From Candidatus Eiseniibacteriota bacterium (lineage in GTDB: Bacteria > ARS69), in contig JBQTGV010000036.1 in assembly GCA_052390515.1 (NCBI GenBank), positions 1 through 64,000 on the forward strand: DNA of 64,000 nt. Direction: 5' to 3'. The notes under the pieces are model-generated. The model worked only from the letters and a program-made list of their open reading frames with translations, did not search any database and was not told the DNA's origin. The position numbers were made by a program, and so were the translations under genes. Of this stretch, positions 57,973 to 64,000 are shown piece after piece (the first letter of the stretch is position 1; each line of letters begins with the position of its first letter).

Positions 57973-59031
57973 ATGGACGAAGCTCGTCAGCCCCGCCGTG
58001 TCTGGAATCCGCCGAACCCGTACCTGACCGAGCACCGCGAGCTGCTCGGCGAGCCCCCCGTCGCGGAGCTGGAGGTCTGGGAGGACCGCTCGCGCACCAT
58101 CCTCTCGCGCAACGACAGCCCCGACCTGGGCTTCCGCTGGAGCGTGAATCCCTATCGCGGCTGCTTCCACGCCTGCGCGTACTGCTACGCGCGCACCACG
58201 CACGAGTACCTCGGGCTCGGCGCCGGCACCGACTTCGAGCGCAAGATCTTCGTGAAGCCGGACGCCCCTTCGCTCCTCGCCACGGCCTTCGCCCGCCCGA
58301 GCTGGAAGGGCGAACACGTCGCGTTCTCCGGCGCGACGGACTGCTATCAGCCGCTCGAGGCGGCGTGGAAGCTGACGCGGCGGTGCTTGGAGGTGTGCGC
58401 GGAATTCCGCAACCCGGCCGGCGTCGTCACCAAGTCCCTGCTGGTGACGCGCGACGCGGACGTGCTCTCGCATCTGGCGCAGACCGCCGGTGCGCACGTC
58501 TGCGTGAGCATCGCCTTCCTGGACGAGGAGATGGCGCGGCGGATCGAGCCGGGCACGCCGACGGTGAAGCGCCGCTTCCAGGCCATGGCGAAGCTCGCCG
58601 CCGCCGGCATCCCGGTGAGCGTCTCAGTCGCGCCGATCATTCCCGGGCTGAACGACGCGGACATCCCCGGGATCCTGCAGGAGGCGAAGCGGAACGGCGC
58701 GACCGGTGCCTTCCGCACGTTGCTGCGGCTCCCCGGATCCGTGAAGGACGTCTTCCTCACCCGCCTCCGCGAGGAGCTGCCGCTCCGGGCCGCACGGGTC
58801 GAGAGCCGGCTGCTCGACGTGCGCGGCGGGAAGCTGAACGAGAGTCGGTTCGGCGCGCGGCAGGTCGGGCAGGGCGATTACTGGGACGCCATCGAGAGCG
58901 TCTGGGAGCTGTGGACCCGGCGCCTGGGCCTGGCCGGCGGCGAGCCCGGGGTGGCGGGGCCTGGCGCCGTCCGCGGAGCGGGACCTGTCGGCGCCCCCGC
59001 GCGGCCGACGCAGCTCGAGCTGTCGCTGTAA
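57973..59031 (+). CDS. PA0069/SplB-like radical SAM protein
   Basis: NPYRGCFHACAYCYAR, TDCYQP, PIIPGLND (alternative ATG 57952). Confidence 0.9.
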   Translation: MDEARQPRRVWNPPNPYLTEHRELLGEPPVAELEVWEDRSRTILSRNDSPDLGFRWSVNPYRGCFHACAYCYARTTHEYLGLGAGTDFERKIFVKPDAPSLLATAFARPSWKGEHVAFSGATDCYQPLEAAWKLTRRCLEVCAEFRNPAGVVTKSLLVTRDADVLSHLAQTAGAHVCVSIAFLDEEMARRIEPGTPTVKRRFQAMAKLAAAGIPVSVSVAPIIPGLNDADIPGILQEAKRNGATGAFRTLLRLPGSVKDVFLTRLREELPLRAARVESRLLDVRGGKLNESRFGARQVGQGDYWDAIESVWELWTRRLGLAGGEPGVAGPGAVRGAGPVGAPARPTQLELSL

Positions 59032-59082
59032 GCTGGCAGAGGGGAGGTCGGATCCCGGGACCCTCCCGAGGGGGAGCCGCCG

Positions 59083-59760
59083 ATGACCCGAGATCTTCGC
59101 ATCCGCGTCAGCGAGCGCATCGGCGAAGTGAGCGCGCTGCTGGAGGGGCCGGAGTCCGCCGAGCACTTCCTCGTCCTGGCGCACGGGGCCGGCGCGGGGA
59201 TGCGGCATGCATTCCTGGAGCGGATGGCGGAACGGTTGGCCGCGCACCGAGTGGCGACGCTCCGCTACCAGTTCCCGTACACCGAGCGCGGCAGCCGGCG
59301 CCCGGATCCGCCTGCCGTCCTCGAGGCCACGGTGCGGGCGGCCGTGGCGAAGGGAGCGGAATTGGCGGCGGGACTGCCGCTCTTCGCCGGAGGTAAATCC
59401 ATGGGCGGGCGAATGACCTCGCGGGCGCAGGCGGCGGAGCCGCTCCCGGAAGTTCGCGGGCTCGTGTTCCTGGGTTTCCCGCTGCATCCAGCCGGCAAGC
59501 CCGGCACGGAGCGGGCGGATCACCTCGCCGGCGTGCGCATCCCCATGCTGTTCCTGCAGGGCACGCGCGACGACCTCGCCGACCTGGATCTGCTGAGGCC
59601 GATCTGCGCGCGCCTCCCGAACGCGACGCTCGCGATCGTGGTGGGTGCCGATCACTCCTTCAAAGTGCCGAAAGCTTCCGAGCGCGGCGACGACGTGCTG
59701 GACGGGCTCGCCGCCACGGTCCGCGAGTGGATCAGCAGTGGTTGCAGCGCACCTCGTTGA
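59083..59760 (+). CDS. Alpha/beta hydrolase (KANL3/Tex30-like)
   Basis: [31 protein letters not shown]. Confidence 0.9.
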   Translation: MTRDLRIRVSERIGEVSALLEGPESAEHFLVLAHGAGAGMRHAFLERMAERLAAHRVATLRYQFPYTERGSRRPDPPAVLEATVRAAVAKGAELAAGLPLFAGGKSMGGRMTSRAQAAEPLPEVRGLVFLGFPLHPAGKPGTERADHLAGVRIPMLFLQGTRDDLADLDLLRPICARLPNATLAIVVGADHSFKVPKASERGDDVLDGLAATVREWISSGCSAPR

Positions 59761-59917
59761 AGACCGTCTCCGCGTCGCACTCGGTCATGGCGTGGTCGAC
59801 GACGATTCGCAGCGCCTTGTGCTCGTCGGTGAGGTCGTACTTCGCGGCCATCTTCTGCAGCCAGTCGATGTGGTCCTCGTTCAGCTCCCAGGTGCGCTCC
59901 ACCTTGATTCCACCCAC
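59732..59917 (-). CDS. Small hypothetical protein ending in CxxC
   Basis: AAAGGAG RBS on the minus strand; KALRIVVDHA…RCNHC. Confidence 0.7.
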   Translation of the reverse strand: MGGIKVERTWELNEDHIDWLQKMAAKYDLTDEHKALRIVVDHAMTECDAETVFNEVRCNHC

Positions 59918-60012
59918 TGCTGTCTCCTTTCACGGCTCTCCGCCGGCCGTCCGAGTTCGGGTAAGATAGTGCAGAGTCCAGTGGGGATCACAACCGGAAA
60001 GCGAGGTGATCC

Positions 60013-60246
60013 GTGGACGCCGATCTCCAACGCAACGACCGCGAGTGGAACGACCCGGCCAATTGGAAGGGGCCGTTCTACGCTGCGCCGGAGGACACCC
60101 GGCCGTTCGTCCCGAAGCGGGGGCGGCGCCGCGGATACACGGTGAACTTCGCCAATCCGGTGGGCCGCACGGTCGTGCTGGCGGCCCTCGCCCTGGTGCT
60201 CGTCACCGCGTGCATCGCCTTCCTGGTGGAGAGACGGAGCGTGTGA
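60013..60246 (+). CDS. Small membrane protein (DUF5808-like)
   Basis: W…FY…D…FVPKR…GYTVNFANP plus TM helix. Confidence 0.75.
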   Translation: MDADLQRNDREWNDPANWKGPFYAAPEDTRPFVPKRGRRRGYTVNFANPVGRTVVLAALALVLVTACIAFLVERRSV

Positions 60247-60887
60247 TCGTCTCGGCGGAAGCGCACCCGGAGCTCGAGGCGTACGCGTTCTCGACCGAGC
60301 TCCCCGTTCCTCTCGGAGACATGCCCGCTCCTCCGTGGCTCGTGGCCTTGCTCTCGGCCGGCGGGGAAGCTCCGCTGTCGGCGACCGACGAAGTGCGCGC
60401 CGCCGTCCGCGATCTGCTTCGCCACGGGGGCTACAAGCCGACCGGCCGCGGCAAGCCTGCGTCGGAGTATCTGGTGCGAGCCGCCGCGGAGAGCTCCCTG
60501 CGCTCCATCAACGCGGCGGTCGATGCGTGCAACGTGGTGTCGCTGCACAGTGGACTTCCGATCAGCGTCGTCGATCTGGACCGCGCGGCTCCGCCGCTTC
60601 GAGTCGGTGCGGCCGCGGCGGGATCGAGCTACGTGTTCAACGCCTCGGGTCAGGAGATTCGCCTCGACGGACTGCTCTGCCTGCACGATTCGCTCGGTCC
60701 GTGCGCGAACGCGGTGAAGGACTCGGAGCGCACGAAGACGCACGAGATGACGCTGCGCACGCTCTCGGTCATCTGGGGCTGCCGCCGGCTGGCGGGACGC
60801 GCGGCCGCAGCGGGTGAGTGGTACCGCGAGATCCTGGGCCGCCTCCCGGCCCGTACCGAGGAGGTCCGGCTCGTCGTGGTACAATGA
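60243..60887 (+). CDS. Stand-alone B3/B4 (PheRS editing-like) domain protein
   Basis: YKPTGRGKPASEYL, INAAVDACNVVSL…PISVVD. Confidence 0.85.
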   Translation: MIVSAEAHPELEAYAFSTELPVPLGDMPAPPWLVALLSAGGEAPLSATDEVRAAVRDLLRHGGYKPTGRGKPASEYLVRAAAESSLRSINAAVDACNVVSLHSGLPISVVDLDRAAPPLRVGAAAAGSSYVFNASGQEIRLDGLLCLHDSLGPCANAVKDSERTKTHEMTLRTLSVIWGCRRLAGRAAAAGEWYREILGRLPARTEEVRLVVVQ

Positions 60888-61053
60888 GCCTGCGGGTCCT
60901 GCCCCGAGAGAACCAATCACAGAAGTACCGATCCGAAATGGCGTTGCCGCGCGTTCGCTCCCCTTCACGAGATTTTCACGGGACGAGAGTACGATCCGGC
61001 CCCGGCGCGGGGCACGATCCGCGGCGCCGAACGAACCCGACAGGAGCTCCTTC

Positions 61054-63252
61054 GTGAGCGAAGTCCGGATTCCCGAGCCCACGGATTCACCGCTGGAGAC
61101 GCCGCCGCCGGAGACGCAGCCGAGGACGGCCGCGCGCGTCGTGCTCCACTCCGAACCCGCTGCCCCGCCCGCACCGGCTCTCGATCCGCTCGCCGATCCT
61201 GCGCTCTACGTCAATCGCGAGCTCAGCATGCTCGAGTTCCATCGTCGCGTGCTGCACCAGGCGACGGACCCGGACGTGCCGCTGCTCGAGCGACTGCGCT
61301 TCCTGACGATCTCGAGCGCCATTCTCGACGAGTTCTTCGAGATCCGCGTCGGCGGTCTCAAGGAGCAGGTCGCTTTCGGACTCCCCAAGGGCGGACCCGA
61401 CGGTCTCGGACCGGTGGAGACGTTGCGGCGGATCCGCACATCCGTGCTGCAGTTCGTCGCCGACCAGTACCGCGTGCTCAGCCAGGGCATCCTCCCCGGG
61501 CTCGAGGCCGAAGGGATCGTGATCTACGGGAACGCGGATCTCGACGCGGACCAGCGCGCCTGGATCCGCGAGTACTTCCGGCAGGAAGTGCTTCCGGTTC
61601 TCACGCCCATCGGCCTCGATCCTTCGCACCCGTTCCCGCGGATCCTGAACAAGAGCCTGAACTTCATCGTCCAGCTCGACGGCAAGGATGCGTTCGGACG
61701 ACGCAGTCGCGCCGCGGTGATCCAGGCTCCGAGGATCCTGCCGCGTTTGATCGCGCTGCCGAAGAAGCTCGCGCGTGCCGACCAGGCGTTCGTCCTGCTG
61801 ACCGCGGTCATGCAGGAGTGCGTGGAGGAGATCTTCCCGCATCGCCAGGTGCGGGGTTGTCATCAGTTCCGAGTGACCCGCAACAGCGACCTGTGGATCG
61901 ACGAGGAGGAGATCCAGGACCTGCTGCTCGCGGTGAAGGGCGAGCTTCCGCGGCGCCATTACGGGAAGGCCGTCCGCCTGGAGATTTCCGACACCTGTCC
62001 CGAGGAGATGGTGTCGTTCCTGCTCGAACAGTTCGAGCTGGACGCCGACGATCTCTACCCCGTCTCCGGACCGGTGAACCTTCACCGCCTCGAAGCGCTG
62101 TACGAGATGGTCGACCGCCCGCGGCTCAAGTACCCGCCGTTCGTGCCCGGGTTGCCCAAGCCGCTCGGCAAGGGCACCGACCTCTTCCGCATCCTCCGCG
62201 AGCGCGACGTCCTGCTGCACCATCCCTACCAGAGCTTCTCGCCGGTGCTGCACCTGCTACGCCAAGCCGCCGAGGATCCCGACGTGCTGGCGGTGAAGCT
62301 GATCGTGTATCGCACGGGGCTCGCCTCCAAGGTGGGAGAGGCTCTGCGCGCCGCGGCCAGCGCCGGCAAGGAAGTGACCGCGGTCATCGAGCTGCGTGCG
62401 CGCTTCGACGAGGCGGCGAACATCGAGCTGGCCTCCCAGCTCCAGGAAGCGGGCGCGAAGGTCGTGTACGGGATCGTCGGATTCAAATCTCACGCCAAGA
62501 TGCTGCTGATCGTGCGCCGCGAGGACGGCGCGCTTCGCCGCTACGTGCACGTCGGCACGGGCAACTACAATTCCAAGACGGCCCGCGAGTACACGGACTT
62601 CGGCGTCATGACCAGCGACGAGGACTTCGGCAAGGACGTACACGACCTCTTCCAGCAGCTGACCAGCCTCGGCCGCAACGGCAACCTGCGCAAGCTCGTG
62701 CAGACGCCCTTCGACCTGCACCGCAAGCTCCTGGAGCTGATCGGGGCGGAGACCGCGGCCGCGCGCGAGGGCCGGGAGGCGCGGATCATCGCCAAGATGA
62801 ACTCGCTCATCGAGCCCGAGATCATCCAGGCGCTCTACCGTGCCTCGCAGGCGGGCGTGCCCATCGATCTCATCGTCCGCGGGCCGTGCTGCCTGAGGCC
62901 CGGCGTTCCCGGCGTCTCGGAAACCATCCGCGTCCGCTCCATCGTGGGGCGGTTCCTCGAGCACCATCGCGTGTTCTGGTTCCACGCGGGCGGCGAGCGC
63001 GTCTCCCTGCTGAGCAGCGCCGACTGGATGCCGCGAAACTTCTTCCGCCGCGTCGAAGTGGCCTTCCCGGTCTCGGGCAAGAAGAACCGCGACCGTGTCT
63101 TCGAGGAGGGACTGGAAACGTACCTCGGCGACAACTGCGATGCGTGGGTGATGGCCTCCGACGGCAGCTACGAGCGGCTGAGCCCGGGCGACGAGGGCCG
63201 CCGGTCGGCGCAGGAGATGCTGCTGGAGCAGCTGACGCGGCCGCCCGCCTGA
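61054..63252 (+). CDS. ppk1: Polyphosphate kinase 1
   Basis: NRELSMLEF, HPFP, LLHHPY, ARFDE, HAK, GTGNYN, GRFLEH, SADWMPRN; start approximate. Confidence 0.97.
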   Translation: MSEVRIPEPTDSPLETPPPETQPRTAARVVLHSEPAAPPAPALDPLADPALYVNRELSMLEFHRRVLHQATDPDVPLLERLRFLTISSAILDEFFEIRVGGLKEQVAFGLPKGGPDGLGPVETLRRIRTSVLQFVADQYRVLSQGILPGLEAEGIVIYGNADLDADQRAWIREYFRQEVLPVLTPIGLDPSHPFPRILNKSLNFIVQLDGKDAFGRRSRAAVIQAPRILPRLIALPKKLARADQAFVLLTAVMQECVEEIFPHRQVRGCHQFRVTRNSDLWIDEEEIQDLLLAVKGELPRRHYGKAVRLEISDTCPEEMVSFLLEQFELDADDLYPVSGPVNLHRLEALYEMVDRPRLKYPPFVPGLPKPLGKGTDLFRILRERDVLLHHPYQSFSPVLHLLRQAAEDPDVLAVKLIVYRTGLASKVGEALRAAASAGKEVTAVIELRARFDEAANIELASQLQEAGAKVVYGIVGFKSHAKMLLIVRREDGALRRYVHVGTGNYNSKTAREYTDFGVMTSDEDFGKDVHDLFQQLTSLGRNGNLRKLVQTPFDLHRKLLELIGAETAAAREGREARIIAKMNSLIEPEIIQALYRASQAGVPIDLIVRGPCCLRPGVPGVSETIRVRSIVGRFLEHHRVFWFHAGGERVSLLSSADWMPRNFFRRVEVAFPVSGKKNRDRVFEEGLETYLGDNCDAWVMASDGSYERLSPGDEGRRSAQEMLLEQLTRPPA

Positions 63253-63314
63253 GGCGGCGGCTCGCTGGACGGCCGCGCCTCGACGCGAGAGGCTGTTCGC
63301 CGCTTCGAGTCTCG

Positions 63315-64000
63315 TCAGCTCGCCACCATCTCGCGCACCTCGAGCTTCGTGTCGAGGTCGGCGAGGTAGGCCGCTTCCTGCTCCAGATCGGCGCGCGTGA
63401 GCGGGTGGCTCTCCAGCCACTGATTCGGGAACGTCAGGCGCAGCGCGCCGTTCCGCCACTGGATCTCCGGGACGAGCGCGGACTCCGGCACCCGGCTGCG
63501 GTTCAGCAGCACCGCCAGCCGCAGCAGCGCGCATAACCTCTTCGCCAGCTCGTTCTGCTCCGGCGGCACCGTCTCGAAGATCAGGGGCGACAGCCGTCGG
63601 CGGTGGCCGCGGATCAGCGCCGCGAGCGTGCGCTGGTCGTCCTCGGAGAATCCGGGAAGATCCATGTGACCGACCAGGTACTCGCCGTGCTTGTGGTACC
63701 CGGTGTAGGACACGGTGAGTCCGATCTCGTGCAGCAGCGACGCCCAGGTGAGCAGATCGCGGGAGGTGCTCGTCTCCCACGCCTTCTCCGAGCTCCAGGC
63801 CGGGCCGACCTGCGCCAGCAAGCCCAGCGCGGTGTTCTCCACTCGCCCGGCCTGCGCGAGGTCGATGTGGTACTGATCGATGATGCGGCGGATGGTGCGG
63901 TCGCGAACGTCTCGGTGCTCGATCCGTCCGACGAGATCGTAGAGCACGCCTTCGCGCAGGGCGCCGATGGACGGGCTCATGGACTCGACCGCAAGGCTGC
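63315..64000 (-). CDS. ppx: Exopolyphosphatase Ppx/GppA, C-terminal part (5' end outside window)
   Basis: ALREG, LHEIG…YHKHGEY…LPGF, LLRLAVLLNR, HPLTRADL. Confidence 0.9.
   Translation of the reverse strand, partial: SLAVESMSPSIGALREGVLYDLVGRIEHRDVRDRTIRRIIDQYHIDLAQAGRVENTALGLLAQVGPAWSSEKAWETSTSRDLLTWASLLHEIGLTVSYTGYHKHGEYLVGHMDLPGFSEDDQRTLAALIRGHRRRLSPLIFETVPPEQNELAKRLCALLRLAVLLNRSRVPESALVPEIQWRNGALRLTFPNQWLESHPLTRADLEQEAAYLADLDTKLEVREMVAS

Noticed and set aside
1-64000. Integron integrase, CD-NTase/PycC cyclase, tRNA or rRNA genes
   Set aside because: No tyrosine-recombinase, nucleotidyltransferase or cyclase motifs, and no cloverleaf or rRNA-like sequence recognised by eye.

Overview
High-GC bacterial DNA; the Hanks kinase/PD40 beta-propeller architecture suggests Acidobacteriota or a similar lineage (inference only). 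The window opens inside a type III restriction (Res) gene. About 52 kb of almost entirely co-oriented (+), functionally unrelated small genes follow: GNATs, VOC/glyoxalases, DinB, cupins, methyltransferases, alpha/beta hydrolases, a MazEF module and an orphan TIR-like protein. It ends in a more housekeeping-like block (FGGY kinase, ATL, selD, radical SAM, B3/4, ppk1, ppx). Many intergenic spacers in the first ~25 kb contain complete, half or collapsed attC-like sites, and the MazEF module has complementary core/inverse-core ends. The region is therefore best read as a large, eroding integron cassette array with no integrase in the window. It holds many gene remnants, several of them in-frame internal deletions that keep start and stop, and it becomes increasingly translationally coupled downstream. 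The best candidates for new biology are the cyclase-less TIR/beta-barrel gene and its neighbours, the apparent conversion of cassettes into operons, and two unusual fusions (macro-GNAT, 4TM-MOSC). All family calls come from motif recognition by eye, not from database searches. No rRNA, tRNA or CRISPR array was seen.
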